Below, one piece after another: positions 13,331 through 26,612 of a stretch of DNA of 64,000 nucleotides. The notes under the pieces were generated by a model. It saw only the letters and a list, made by a program, of their open reading frames with translations. It was not told where the DNA came from and made no database searches. Made by a program: the position numbers and the translations under genes. The DNA is from Octopus bimaculoides. Taxonomy: Eukaryota. The first letter of the stretch is position 1, and every line of letters begins with the position of its first letter. The DNA lies in the NCBI RefSeq assembly GCF_001194135.2, contig NC_069007.1, forward strand, positions 5,747,379 through 5,811,378, written 5' to 3'.

Positions 13331-14489
13331 ATGATGCTCAGTGAATTATGATAGCAAGGAGAAAGGGAGAGAGAAAGAGAGTGACTAAAACGTGTGTACA
13401 GGGGTGGGGGTGGGGAGAGGTGGAGGTTGTGAGCGAGCAGGGGAGGTCGGGTTNNNNNNNNNNNNNNNNNNNNNNNNNNNNNNNNNNNNNNNNNNNNNNN
13501 NNNNNNNNNNNNNNNNNNNNNNNNNNNNNNNNNNNNNNNNNNNNNNNNNNNNNNNNNNNNNNNNNNNNNNNNNNNNNNNNNNNNNNNNNNNNNNNNNNNN
13601 NNNNNNNNNNNNNNNNNNNNNNNNNNNNNNNNNNNNNNNNNNNNNNNNNNNNNNNNNNNNNNNNNNNNNNNNNNNNNNNNNNNNNNNNNNNNNNNNNNNN
13701 NNNNNNNNNNNNNNNNNNNNNNNNNNNNNNNNNNNNNNNNNNNNNNNNNNNNNNNNNNNNNNNNNNNNNNNNNNNNNNNNNNNNNNNNNNNNNNNNNNNN
13801 NNNNNNNNNNNNNNNNNNNNNNNNNNNNNNNNNNNNNNNNNNNNNNNNNNNNNNNNNNNNNNNNNNNNNNNNNNNNNNNNNNNNNNNNNNNNNNNNNNNN
13901 NNNNNNNNNNNNNNNNNNNNNNNNNNNNNNNNNNNNNNNNNNNNNNNNNNNNNNNNNNNNNNNNNNNNNNNNNNNNNNNNNNNNNNNNNNNNNNNNNNNN
14001 NNNNNNNNNNNNNNNNNNNNNNNNNNNNNNNNNNNNNNNNNNNNNNNNNNNNNNNNNNNNNNNNNNNNNNNNNNNNNNNNNNNNNNNNNNNNNNNNNNNN
14101 NNNNNNNNNNNNNNNNNNNNNNNNNNNNNNNNNNNNNNNNNNNNNNNNNNNNNNNNNNNNNNNNNNNNNNNNNNNNNNNNNNNNNNNNNNNNNNNNNNNN
14201 NNNNNNNNNNNNNNNNNNNNNNNNNNNNNNNNNNNNNNNNNNNNNNNNNNNNNNNNNNNNNNNNNNNNNNNNNNNNNNNNNNNNNNNNNNNNNNNNNNNN
14301 NNNNNNNNNNNNNNNNNNNNNNNNNNNNNNNNNNNNNNNNNNNNNNNTTTATTTATTTATTCCACCTACCTAACTACCTGTCTAACTGTTTATCAACCTG
14401 TCTGCCAGTCTGTCGATTTATCTCATTTAAAATATTCATTTCAGAAATGTGATCTTGAAATCTATCTATCATCTTTGCAGCCTTTGTTT

Positions 14490-14783
14490 TTCTATCTATC
14501 TGTTTGTGTCTATATGCACACACAAACACAAATACATACAAACATAACAGCTACAGACACACACATACACACATACATACACACACATACACACATACAT
14601 ACACACACACAAACTCACTCACATACACACACTTACACATGCACACACACATACACACACTGACAGACACATACTCACATACAAACAGACAGACAGACAG
14701 ACACACGCACATACATAAGTATGTAATTGTGTGTCTGTCTAACTATCTATTTATCTATCTATGGATGGATGGATGGATGGATG

Positions 14784-14821
<38 letters not shown>

Positions 14822-14925
14822 TAGGTAGGTAGGTAGGTAGGTAGGTAGGTAGGTAGGTAGATAGATAGATAGATAGATAGGTAAGTGGAGAGAGAGAGAG
14901 AATGAGATAGAGAGAGAATGAGAAT

Positions 14926-14999
<74 letters not shown>

Positions 15000-15000
15000 A
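14490..15000. repeat. Compound (CA)n/(GGAT)n/(GGTA)n/(GATA)n/(GA)n microsatellite
   Basis: Direct reading. Confidence 0.95.
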
Positions 15001-15219
15001 AGTGAATGGGAGGTCATGCAGAAAATGATTAACCAAAGCAATTCTTGAAATTTATATATTAGCAGTATCTTCAGAATTAGTAACCATAAAAAATTTGGTA
15101 AGGATGTGGTAGAATTTGCTAGAATATCACAAACACTGTTTCTCCTGCTCAATGTTATTAAACATCATTTCTTGAATATTTCAGGTTCCTCAAAGTTCTT
15201 GGAGCATGATCTTCTTTTA

Positions 15220-15835
15220 ATAATGGTGTCTGATTTTGGCACAAGGCCAGTACATTTGGGTGGAAGGAATGAGTTGAAGCCATCAAACTCAGTCCTTGAT
15301 TAGTTTTATATTTTAGTGACTCCAGAAAGAGGGAAAGCAATGTTGACCTTGGTGAGAATTGAACCCCAAATATAAAAAGCTGGATCAAATATCACAAGGC
15401 CATTTGATTTTGTGCCTAAGAAGTTTGATAGACTTATTGTACAGCTCATCAGGCAAATGCTTCCTACTAAAGCCCCAGTAGAAAACCCCTATTTTTACTA
15501 TAGGCACAAGGCTTGAAGAGCAGGTTCATGGATGACATCAATCTCAGTGTTCAACTGGATCTTATTTTATTGGCCCTCAAAAGGATGAAAAGTAAATTCA
15601 ACCTTGGTGGAAATTGAACTCAGAAAGTAAAGACAAAACAACAGCTAATGTTTCTGCCTTAATAATATCAATAATGGTTTCAAATTTTGTCACAAAGACA
15701 GCCATTTCGGCTGTCCGAAAGGATTAAAGGCAAAGTCAACCTCGGCAGAATTTGAACTCAGAGCATAGCAGCAGACAAAATACCGCTAGGTGTTTCCCCC
15801 AGCATGCAAACAATTCTGCCACATCACTGCCTTAA
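15220..15835 (-). mobile_element. Three degenerate family C SINE copies
   Basis: Reverse-complement family C motifs: TTTGGCACAAGGCC, GGATGAAAAG, GGCAAAGTCAACCTCGGCAGAATTTGAACTCAG. Confidence 0.7.
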
Positions 15836-16089
15836 TCTTATATATTAAAAGGCAACTTGTCTGTCTGTGTATTGTGTGAACCCCTTCTATTCCTACAATT
15901 TTCAACCGAATTTCACCAAACTTGACACGTGTGCTCTCTTTGACTTAGGACGCTTTTTCTTATAATTTTTTTGTTGAAATTATGCACCCCCAACATAAAT
16001 AGACTACTCTCAATTCGGCTAGGATTTGGCTTGAGCCAGCGAAAAAACGTGACACACACACAACTGGAAAAAATCAATACTTTACTTAG
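15836..16089 (+). mobile_element. Non-autonomous Helitron/Helentron-like element
   Basis: A|TCTTATATATTAAAAGG start, short CTGT repeat, TTTTCAACCGAATTTCACCAAACTT motif typical of such elements, TTAG|T end (AT insertion site, no TSD). Confidence 0.4.
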
Positions 16090-16109
16090 TAATAATAATA
16101 ATAATAATA

Positions 16110-16325
16110 ATAATAATTTCTATTATTGGCACAAGGCCTGAAATTTTAGGGGAGGGTTTAGTTGATTACATTACCCCCATTATTCAACTGGTGCTTATAT
16201 AATCAACCCCAATCAGATGAAAGGCAAAGTTAACCTCAACAGAGAATGAACTCAAAACAAAAAGACAGATGAAATATCACTGAGCACTTTCTCTGAGCTG
16301 CTATCGACTCTACCAACTCACCATT
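16110..16325 (-). mobile_element. SINE family C, short-tail copy with (TAA)n tail
   Basis: GGCACAAGGCCTGAAATTTT...GATGAAAGGCAAAGTTAACCTC. Confidence 0.75.
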
Positions 16326-16561
16326 TTAGTAAAAGAGAAATGATAAAATAAACTATAATATCTGTTGATATTTTTCTTTCCTAAAGAATATTTTTCTAGG
16401 ATAATCATAATTATAAAACCACTTAAACTTTAAAGTACTCTCATTATATTCCATTATTGAAGTCATTAAGAATTTTATGCTGCCATTTATTTATTCTTGT
16501 TGTGTTTATTAAGAATTATTAAAGAGATTTTCATCTTCCTATGCTGTCTATTTTACATAAC

Positions 16562-16672
16562 CTGAAGAACTGTCTGTAAGAATTATCCCATCTCCCACAC
16601 ATATCTGCACACCTTGATAGCTTTTGGAGTTTATATCGCATGATTGAAGGGGTTCTGCCAGTTTGTCATCTG
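16562..16672 (-). CDS. Candidate 111-nt phase 1-1 exon (DDKLAEPLQSCDINSKSYQGVQICVGDGIILTDSSS)
   Basis: Acceptor gatctccacAG, donor TCAG|GTtatg; only one frame is open and the length is a multiple of 3. No protein family recognised. Confidence 0.25.
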
Positions 16673-16753
16673 CTGTGGAGATCACTTGCCAACAGAATCC
16701 AAAGTTCTGGAACTCATGAGAACGTTCACAAGGCGTCTCGAATTTTTGGTTTA

Positions 16754-16801
<48 letters not shown>

Positions 16802-17222
16802 CATCACAGTCTTGAGTTTTACAGTTGGAATAAACAGACTTCACACCTACCTGGAAGAACCACTGTGTTTTCTTCTTTGCGAGTAAACGAGAGAAGTATA
16901 TTGAACCACAGACAACACACCTGTCTGGATTATTATTCTGTTCTTTGTAAGTAAACAAGAGAAATATAACATCATCACCAACATCCTTGTTGACATCATC
17001 ATTGCAATCATACTCATCCTCATCATCCTTGTTGTCACCACCACTGCTGCCACCAGCACCACCACCACCACCGCCGCCGCCTACACATCTGCTGCTATTA
17101 CAGCCGTCATCGTATTTCCCATTTCCTTATAAAGTGATGTCTTCAAAGACAACTGGATACGAATGACACTGCTTGTATAACAAAGAATTTTGTTTACAAC
17201 TTCCATATGATGTCAGGAGGAG

Positions 17223-17272
<50 letters not shown>

Positions 17273-17910
17273 ATGTAATATTATATGAAATTCCTTTCTA
17301 TAAAATTTCTGAAGAATCTAAAACAAGAAACTGCTATCAAATGCTCTTATTACATTTGATCACCTTTATTCATTATTCGCTATCGTTGGCACTAGTTTAC
17401 CATTTAAGGGGCATATTTGAGCAGTTTTCTGTTGAGCTCTTTCGACTCACATTATGTTTTGCCTTGAGTTCATTTATGATACATACCTTTATGTTTGAAA
17501 CCTGTTTTTTTTTTTTATGTGTACATTCGACAAAAGAGCTGATCAAACAAAACAATATTGCTCAACAATGTAATCCGTGTTTTTCGGAATCACACAATAA
17601 AGATATATTGGACACAACACAGCTTCCAACACAAAGCTGTATTGATCATCTTTTATACCAAAAGACGATGATAATAATAACAACAACAACAAAAGCAACA
17701 ATTATGATGTTAATGATAATGACAATGATGACTGTTCTTACTACTACTACTACTACAGCTGCTGCTGCTGAAGATATCATCATCATCATCCTCCTCATCA
17801 ATATCATGGCCTAGCACTGACAAACTGCCAATTTTGTTTGTGAATTTTCACTTCTTGAAGCATTTTTATGTCTTTTTTATTCAGTTTATGAAACATTACA
17901 CTCATAATGT

Positions 17911-18182
17911 GGAGGGGCAATGGCCCAGTGGTTAGGGCAGCAGACTCGCGGTCATAGAATCGCGGTTTCGATTCCCAGACCGGGCGTTCTGAGTGTTTAT
18001 TGAGCAAAAAACACCCAAAGCTCCACGAGGCTCCGGCAGGGGATGGTGGCGAACCCTGCTGTACTCTTTCACCACAACTTTCTCTCACTCTTACTTCCTG
18101 TTTCTGTTGTGCCTGTAATTCAAAGGGTCAGCCTTGTCACACTGTGTCACGCTGAATTTCCCCGAGAACTACGTTAAGGGTA
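17911..18182 (+). mobile_element. SINE family B (tRNA-like head), truncated by gap
   Basis: GGAGGGGCAATGGCCCAGTGGTTAGGGCAGCAGACTCGCGG head, GGTTTCGATTCCC B-box, body shared with 35671, 54506 and 63515 copies. Confidence 0.9.
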
Positions 18183-19122
18183 NNNNNNNNNNNNNNNNNN
18201 NNNNNNNNNNNNNNNNNNNNNNNNNNNNNNNNNNNNNNNNNNNNNNNNNNNNNNNNNNNNNNNNNNNNNNNNNNNNNNNNNNNNNNNNNNNNNNNNNNNN
18301 NNNNNNNNNNNNNNNNNNNNNNNNNNNNNNNNNNNNNNNNNNNNNNNNNNNNNNNNNNNNNNNNNNNNNNNNNNNNNNNNNNNNNNNNNNNNNNNNNNNN
18401 NNNNNNNNNNNNNNNNNNNNNNNNNNNNNNNNNNNNNNNNNNNNNNNNNNNNNNNNNNNNNNNNNNNNNNNNNNNNNNNNNNNNNNNNNNNNNNNNNNNN
18501 NNNNNNNNNNNNNNNNNNNNNNNNNNNNNNNNNNNNNNNNNNNNNNNNNNNNNNNNNNNNNNNNNNNNNNNNNNNNNCATCACCAGCACTGTCATCATTA
18601 TTACTGCTATTGTTGGCATCATTTTTATCACCATTATCATCAGTGTCATTGCTATCATCACAATTGTCATCAACATCATCATCATTGTCTTCCTCCTTGT
18701 CCTTGTCATCATAGTCACCATTGTCATCATTATTGTGATCATTGTCACTGACATCGTTACCACCATAGTCATCATCATCATCAGTATCATCATCATCGGC
18801 ATCATCAGCATAATTGAACTCGTTGGCATCATCATTATTATCGTCATTGTTATCTTTGTCTTTACTGTCATTAGAATCATCATCATCACTATCGCCATCT
18901 ATAATCATCAATGTTATCATCATCCTTCTTACCACCATCTCCATCATCATCCTCACCACAATGACCACCACTTCTAAAGTTATTGTTTTTCTGTCTTCCA
19001 TCTTTCTTTGTCTGTTGTCCTTGTGGAAATCAAAGAAATGGTTTGTTATGATATTCCACCCACCACACCCCTACACCAGAACATATAAAATGCTTTACAC
19101 TTCTGTCTGTGAATACACAAAG

Positions 19123-19323
19123 GTGCAGCCATGGCTAAGGAGCCGGCTTGGCTGGGTGGTCAAAAGGTGGCTTCTTATCTGCATGGTTCTAGGTTCAGTC
19201 TCACCATGTGGTACCTTGGGCGAGTGTCTTCTACTATAGCTTCAGGCCGACCAAAACCTTAGAACTGGATTTGGTAGACAGAAACTAAAAGAAACCCATC
19301 GTATATATGTGTGTGTGTGTGTA

Positions 19324-19362
<39 letters not shown>

Positions 19363-19680
19363 ATCATCATCGTCGTTGTTTAACGTCTGCTTTCCTTGCT
19401 GGATGGTCTGACTAAAGGCTGGCGAGCCGGTAGGCTGCACCCGGCTCCAATCTGATCTGGCAAAGTTTCTATGGCTGGATGCCCTTTCTAATGCTAACCA
19501 ATCTGAAAGTGTAGTTGGTGCTTTTACAAGCCACCAGCACGAGGGCCAGTCAGGCGGTACTGGGATCAGCTATGCTCAAATGGTGCTTTTTACATGCCAC
19601 CTGCACAGGAGCCAGTCCAGCGGCGCTGACAACAACCACACTCAAATGGTGCTATTTACATTCCACCGGCCCAGGAGCCA
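19123..19680. mobile_element. Family A head (+) joined through microsatellite to family G copy (-)
   Basis: A head at 19123-19310; G 3' end and modules at 19363-19680. Confidence 0.7.
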
Positions 19681-20214
19681 TATATATATATATATATATA
19701 TATATANNNNNNNNNNNNNNNNNNNNNNNNNNNNNNNNNNNNNNNNNNNNNNNNNNNNNNNNNNNNNNNNNNNNNNNNNNNNNNNNNNNNNNNNNNNNNN
19801 NNNNNNNNNNNNNNNNNNNNNNNNNNNNNNNNNNNNNNNNNNNNNNNNNNNNNNNNNNNNNNNNNNNNNNNNNNNNNNNNNNNNNNNNNNNNNNNNNNNN
19901 NNNNNNNNNNNNNNNNNNNNNNNNNNNNNNNNNNNNNNNNNNNNNNNNNNNNNNNNNNNNNNNNNNNNNNNNNNNNNNNNNNNNNNNNNNNNNNNNNNNN
20001 NNNNNNNNNNNNNNNNNNNNNNNNNNNNNNNNNNNNNNNNNGGTAAAAAATCAGATATTAATTAATATCGATTTATTACCAGGAAGCTAGCACATTTAAA
20101 GAATCAGAGAGATTCAGAAAAAATATCTGAGATCTTAGGGGATTAAAGTATATGTTTATAACTATGACCACTAAAGTGGACATTTAATGTGCTAGAACAT
20201 GTGGCCTATTTCTA

Positions 20215-20250
<36 letters not shown>

Positions 20251-20280
20251 TAGAAATATATATATATATTATACAGCCAA

Positions 20281-20520
20281 GTAATATTTCAAATGCAATT
20301 TAGCCATGAAAACAGCAGAAAAATTGGGTATTTAACCCTTATAAGACAGAAAAGTTTTCCGCAGACGGGTATGAGACTTGACTCTATACCACTCATTTAT
20401 TGGCTTAATACTCTATTATTAAGCTAAACTGCCTGCTGATAACTTTTTCTGTCTTATAAAGGTATAAACTACCCAATCTTGCTGTTGTTTTCACAGTCAT
20501 TCTATGTTCAAAGTATTACT
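20281..20520. mobile_element. MITE-like fold-back element with ~70-80 bp imperfect arms
   Basis: GAAAACAGCAG...ATTGGGTA...CTTATAAGACAGAAAAGTT is mirrored by AACTTTTTCTGTCTTATAAAGG...TACCCAAT...GCTGTTGTTTTC. Confidence 0.65.
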
Positions 20521-20582
20521 TTCTTGTCTCTATAATATGAAACACATTCGACACTTCCAAAAACATAAACAGCTGTTTACAA

Positions 20583-20848
20583 CAGGGGTTTTTAAACTTT
20601 TTGACTTGCGGACCCCTTTGTATTTTAGGCTTTACCTTAGAGACCCCCTTATAAACACTTATGAAATTTATACATAAATATTTGCTTAAAATAACATATA
20701 TTTTTACATTTATTTATTTAACAGTATTTAACAAATAGGTTTATTGTCAATTAAAACATTTCGATTAAAAAACATATATAAAATCAAATTGCCCATAAAA
20801 AGTATTTGTTGCCCACGGATCCCCTGTCTTGTCCTTGTGGACCCCCTG
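20583..20848 (+). mobile_element. hAT (Charlie-like) MITE with 8-bp TSD
   Basis: Starts CAGGGGTTTTTAAACT and is flanked by GTTTACAA / TTTTACAA (7/8). The matching right TIR (AGTTTGAAAAGCCCTG) is seen in the related copy at 53958-54076. Confidence 0.75.
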
Positions 20849-21109
20849 TTTTACAATATGTTGTTACATTTCAAAAACACTATAATATTTAGTATTTAAT
20901 TTGGCAGAGAGTTTAGCTTAATGGAACTTACCTTCTTATACCTGGGCCCGTTTCTGATTCCACCATCCACCTAGGGTCCTGAACAAGAAAAAAAAAATTA
21001 AATAAATGGCTGTTTATACAGCTCCAGACCAATGATTACAGGTAAACTAATGGTCAGAATCATAAAAAAAAAATTCAATAGAATAACAATGTGTGTGTGT
21101 AAAGAATTT

Positions 21110-21183
21110 TGTTGTTGTTGGCACTCCGTCGCTTACGACGTCGAGGGTTCCAGTTGATCCGATCAACGGAACAGCCTGCTCGG
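21110..21183 (-). mobile_element. Family B SINE 3' tail
   Basis: GTTGTTGGCACTCCGTCGCTTACGACGTCGAGGG. Confidence 0.85.
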
Positions 21184-21636
21184 GAAATGCTATTCCTGGC
21201 ATTTTGGTCTGTTCGTTATGGAATTCACGATACAGAAAGAAATAGTTATTCTTTGAAAATTTGGAAATACCAATCTGACACTTTCAGGCTTGTTCCGTCA
21301 ACTGGCAGCAGAGAGTTTTTAAGTTTCCAAGACATTTTCTAATATTTTATGTATTATAAGTTATTGTAAGGAATTTTCAATTATTTNNNNNNNNNNNNNN
21401 NNNNNNNNNNNNNNNNNNNNNNNNNNNNNNNNNNNNNNNNNNNNNNNNNNNNNNNNNNNNNNNNNNNNNNNNNNNNNNNNNNNNNNNNNNNNNNNNNNNN
21501 NNNNNNNNNNNNNNNNNNNNNNNNNNNNNNNNNNNNNNNNNNNNNNNNNNNNNNNNNNNNNNNNNNNNNNNNNNNNNNNNNNNNNNNNNNNNNNNNNNNN
21601 NNNNNNNNNNNNNNNNNNNNNNNNNNNNNNNNNNNN

Positions 21637-22050
21637 ATCGACCCCCACCACCCAGTACTTATTTTTTGTTAAGACTGACACTTATTCTATTGGTCTTTCT
21701 CGCCGAACTGCTAAGTTACAGGGAAGTAAAGACACAGACACCAGTTGTCAAGTGGTAGTGGTGGTGATGGTAGGGAAACACAGACACGAGGGCCAATCAC
21801 ACAGTACTGGCAGCGACCACGCTCAAAAAGGTGTTTTTTACGTGCCACCTGCACGGGAGCCAGTCCAGCGGCACTGGCAACGACCTCGCTCAAATGATTT
21901 TCTAATGTACCACCAGCACAAGTGCTAGAAGGCAACGCTGGTAACGATGACGCTCAAATGGTACTATTTATGGGCCACTAGCACTGAAGCCAGACAGCAG
22001 CTCTGGTAATGAACACACTCGACAATGCTGTTAGTGCTCCACTGGCACAA
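21637..22050 (-). mobile_element. Family A tail fragment followed by family G tandem modules
   Basis: CCGAACTGCTAAGTTAC segment, then GCCAGTCCAGCGGCACTGGCAACG modules. Confidence 0.65.
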
Positions 22051-22459
22051 TGACACATACATATACATATATTATCTACTTAAATGATGCAATACATGTC
22101 TCTAAGTGCTATTAATAGTTTCAGATGTTGAGAAATATCATAAATATATTCTTCAGGCACAAACCACAAATCATTACAAACTAAAAAAAGTTGATTTTTA
22201 CTTTCTGTGTTTTCTATAAGCTGCTTTCTAAGTTTTTTGCATTTCTTCTCTTATTCAATTTTTTTTTAGTTCGTTATATGTGATTTGCACCTGAAAAATA
22301 TGGTTGAGATATTTCTCAACATATGAAACTATTAGTAGCACATAAAGACAGGTATTGTGATCTTTAAATAAATAATATTTATCGCTCACCAGATGGAGTA
22401 CTTGTTTTGTTGAATTTTCTATCACAGAACAATACATTATCAGTATGCATGTGTGTGTG

Positions 22460-22510
<51 letters not shown>

Positions 22511-22894
22511 AGAGGGAGAGAGAAAGAGAGAGAGGTAGAAATGCAGATATACATAGTTAGGAGCACAATAAATATAGAATGAAATATCAAGAAATTATGA
22601 AACTCATAAGGTGTTTCAGGAAGCCAAAATTAAAGGGATAATTATAATTTTTGTAGGCAATATTCACAAAAAATCAGAATAATGAAACTGGTGACAAGTT
22701 ACAGTCACATGCAGATACTACATTGAGCGCAACCCCGCGTGACAATTGTGGATCGTGCCCTGGAGGGAGAAACTGGGGATTAATTTTAAATTCATTCAAA
22801 CAATGCTATGTGTTTTCTATACATAACTTATCTAGCACTCACCTAATGAATGTATATGCATGCATACATACATATATATGCTTCGATTCCCACA

Positions 22895-23187
22895 TGCACA
22901 TATCGTGGTTAGGGCGTTGCACTCCCGATTGTGAGATCATGGGTTCAAGTCCCAGACTGGGCATTGTATTGTGTTCTTAAGCAAAACATTTCGCTTCATG
23001 TTGCTCTGAGATCATTTCGCCATCTGACATGTGGCTCATGGTGCACCTGTACAGGTAACATCAATTTGATGGAGAGAGTGAGCTTATGTCTACACAAACA
23101 TTTGAGCCCTATAAACACATCATCTGTGTGGTTGTTCAGCAACAAATTGCTGACCCCTCATATATCGTCTAACAACGGGAGAGTCCA
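22895..23187 (+). mobile_element. tRNA/CORE-like SINE family E
   Basis: GTGGTTAGGGCG...GGGTTCAAGTCCC head and TTGTGTTCTTAAGCAAAACA CORE-like start; a degenerate relative lies near 62860-63000. Confidence 0.55.
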
Positions 23188-23202
23188 TATATATATTATT
23201 TA

Positions 23203-23426
23203 ATTCTTTTACTTGTTTGAATCATTTGACTGCAGCCATGCTGGAGCACCACCTTTAGTTGAGCAAATCCACCCCAGGACTTATTCTTTGTAAGCTTAGT
23301 ACTTATTCTATCAGTCTCTTTTGCCGAACCGCTAAGTTACGGGTGACGTAAACACACCAGCATCGGTTGTAAAGCAATGTTGGAGAGGACAAGCACAGAT
23401 GCACAAACATATACACACACACACAC

Positions 23427-23486
<60 letters not shown>

Positions 23487-23644
23487 GATGGGTTTCTTTC
23501 AGTTCTTGTCTACTAAATCCACTCGCAAGGCTTTAGTCGGCCTGAGGCTATAGTAGAAGACACTTGCCCAAGGTGCCACACAGTGGGGACTAAATCCAGA
23601 ACCATGACATTGGTAAGCAAGATACTTACCACACAGCCACTCTT
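23203..23644 (-). mobile_element. SINE family A, full-length
   Basis: Reverse complement of the family A consensus including the internal microsatellite. Confidence 0.9.
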
Positions 23645-24907
23645 ATTTATATATATNNNNNNNNNNNNNNNNNNNNNNNNNNNNNNNNNNNNNNNNNNNN
23701 NNNNNNNNNNNNNNNNNNNNNNNNNNNNNNNNNNNNNNNNNNNNNNNNNNNNNNNNNNNNNNNNNNNNNNNNNNNNNNNNNNNNNNNNNNNNNNNNNNNN
23801 NNNNNNNNNNNNNNNNNNNNNNNNNNNNNNNNNNNNNNNNNNNNNNNNNNNNNNNNNNNNNNNNNNNNNNNNNNNNNNNNNNNNNNNNNNNNNNNNNNNN
23901 NNNNNNNNNNNNNNNNNNNNNNNNNNNNNNNNNNNNNNNNNNNNNNNNNNNNNNNNNNNNNNNNNNNNNNNNNNNNNNNNNNNNNNNNNNNNNNNNNNNN
24001 NNNNNNNNNNNNNNNNNNNNNNNNNNNNNNNNNNNNNNNNNNNNNNNNNNNNNNNNNNNNNNNNNNNNNNNNNNNNNNNNNNNNNNNNNNNNNNNNNNNN
24101 NNNNNNNNNNNNNNNNNNNNNNNNNATATATATATATATATATATATATAAGTTCAAAAAAACAATAACAAAAAGACAACAAAGTGAGGACGTGATACGG
24201 ATAGTGTTATTGGACGCTCCGGGAAAGGGTGTTATCATTAAGTAAGAAATTCAAGAGATTTAATGGATATAAATAAATTAATTAATAAACATTGCCTAGA
24301 ATTGTTTCAATTCATGCCTAATACAAATTACAAAACATATATACTAATAAATTTCATTGAATCACTCTCGTTGTTGGTGTAAGTGTAAACCCTTTGTCCA
24401 GAGAGTAAATATCATCAATAATTTCTTCAACTGGAAAGAGTCTAGGCCTTACACATTTACAAGACAAAGTGCCAGGTTCATCTCATGCTCATTTCATCAC
24501 CAAGTCGATTTTTTTGTGGGGTGGGGGAATTATAAATAAAACTAAGCCACAACTATATGGATACTCTTAACAATGAGTCATAAACACACTTGACAACAAA
24601 GATACAACACAATCACTCATCAAATTTTCATATTTTATCTTCTTCTTCTCCATGCGCAGTTCATTACCATTTTTGCAGGAATCTGGCAGAGATGACATTT
24701 AAGCTATTTCCACTATTGCAAGAACATGGCATGACAGGGCTAAAACATCAATATATTGACGTCCAATCAATAGCTGCTGTCAAATTAATTGATTATACAC
24801 TTCTCTGTGCAAAATTCCAACTATTACTTTACAATTATCAATATATTTTCATTCATTTTTTAAAGACCCAATTTTATCATCTTTCTGTACAGGTCTGGGT
24901 TCATCAA

Positions 24908-25105
24908 AGGCATGTGGACTAAGGGTTATGGAGTTGCACTCACAATCACAGGTTCATGGTTTCGATTTCTGGACCAGGTGATGTATGGAGAACATGAGCA
25001 GAACACTGTATTTCATGTTGTCCCAGTTCACTCAGCTGTAAACGAGTAACCCTGCAAATAGACTGGCATCTCGTTTAGGGTGGAATGTTTTGATCTCCAT
25101 CACTG
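24908..25105 (+). mobile_element. CORE-like SINE family F, degenerate
   Basis: GGTTTCGATTTC B-box and CCAGTTCACTCAGCTGTAAACGAGTAACCCTG core. Confidence 0.5.
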
Positions 25106-25441
25106 AGTTCAGAAGAGAGTCTCTAATTTGATTGGTCCTTCTCATGCTTCACCTCTGCAACCCTTGACACATCGACATGACATCACCAGTCTCAGCCTTT
25201 TTCTTTTGTTATTATCACTGGATGTACTTTGATAAGCTTTCTCTCTTAATTCCAGATAACTTTGTGCCATCTCACCTGACTCAGAACTTCATCCAAATGC
25301 TCTTCCATCTCATAACTTTCCTCATTCTTATGACCTGAATTCTTTCAAGTCTAAAGTAAATTCATCCCTTTCATCTTAATTTCTCCTCCATAGTCCCTTA
25401 CACTAAGAGGTTTCCTGCCTTGTTTGGGACTTCCTAATAAA
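25105..25441 (+). pseudogene. 3' fragment of a CR1/L2-like LINE
   Basis: Translation QPLTHRHDITSLSLF..YYH... and HPNALPSHNFPHSYDLNSFKSKVN resembles CR1-group RT C-termini; AATAAA at the end. Confidence 0.6.
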
Positions 25442-25840
25442 GACGTAAACAATTATACACCATAGAATCTGGCCACTTGCATGTTAATTTCACAAGCAGG
25501 CTGTACTGTTGATCAGATCAACTGGAACCCTTGACGTCGTAAGCGACAGAGTGCCAACAACAACAACAAACATAATGTCAATCTTTGAATATTAATTCCC
25601 TGTTTGAACAATTTCTGTTGTTGCGATCAGAAGTTCAACCTTTTTATACTTAAGAATTTGCCTGATCGTAACAGAATACATACACAAGCATCAATAGAAG
25701 GTATATTGGTAAAATATTCTCATCAAATCTTCCAGCAAGGATAGACATAACAGATTGAATGTCATTGTTCGGAACTGAGAAGAAAAAGTATGGACCATCG
25801 AAGAAATTGTCGGCCTTGCTGGAGGGAATATCTTTCTCTC

Positions 25841-26045
25841 TTTACTCTTTTACTTGTTTCAGTCATATGATTGTGGCCATGCTGGAGCACCGGCTTTAAT
25901 CGAGCAAATCGACCCCAGGACTTATTCTTTGTAAGCCTAGTACTTATTCTATTGGTCTCTTGTGCTGAACCGCTAAGTTACGGGGACGTAAACACACCAG
26001 CATCGGTTGTCAAGCGATGCTGGGGGGACAAACACAGACACACAA

Positions 26046-26094
<49 letters not shown>

Positions 26095-26444
26095 NNNNNN
26101 NNNNNNNNNNNNNNNNNNNNNNNNNNNNNNNNNNNNNNNNNNNNNNNNNNNNNNNNNNNNNNNNNNNNNNNNNNNNNNNNNNNNNNNNNNNNNNNNNNNN
26201 NNNNNNNNNNNNNNNNNNNNNNNNNNNNNNNNNNNNNNNNNNNNNNNNNNNNNNNNATATATACATATATATACATATATACGACGGGCTTCTTTCAGTT
26301 TCCATCTACCAAATCCACTCACAAGGCTTTGGTCGGCCCGAGGCTAAAGTAGAAGACACTTGCCCAAGGTGCCATGCAGTGGGACTGAACCCGGAACCAT
26401 GTGGTTGGTAAGCAAGCTACTTACCACACAGCCACTCCTGCGCC
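25841..26444 (-). mobile_element. SINE family A, young full-length copy (gap in internal TA repeat)
   Basis: Near-consensus head ending ...CACAGCCACTCCTGCGCC. Confidence 0.92.
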
Positions 26445-26612
26445 TTCAAAAGTTAAAGAAAATGAGGATAACTATGAAGAACTGATTTGAAACCTCCTGG
26501 TTTTATATCCAGATTATAAATTCCCATTTATACCAATAATAATCTTCACATTGGTTGTCTGAGTAAATGCTTGAGTGCCAATCAGGAAGATTTAAGGTTT
26601 TCAGGTAAACAA

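Noticed and set aside
20207-20258. Palindrome TATTTCTAG(TA)nCTAGAAATA
   Set aside because: Only ~9 unique bp per arm around a self-complementary (TA)n; may be slippage or an assembly artefact.
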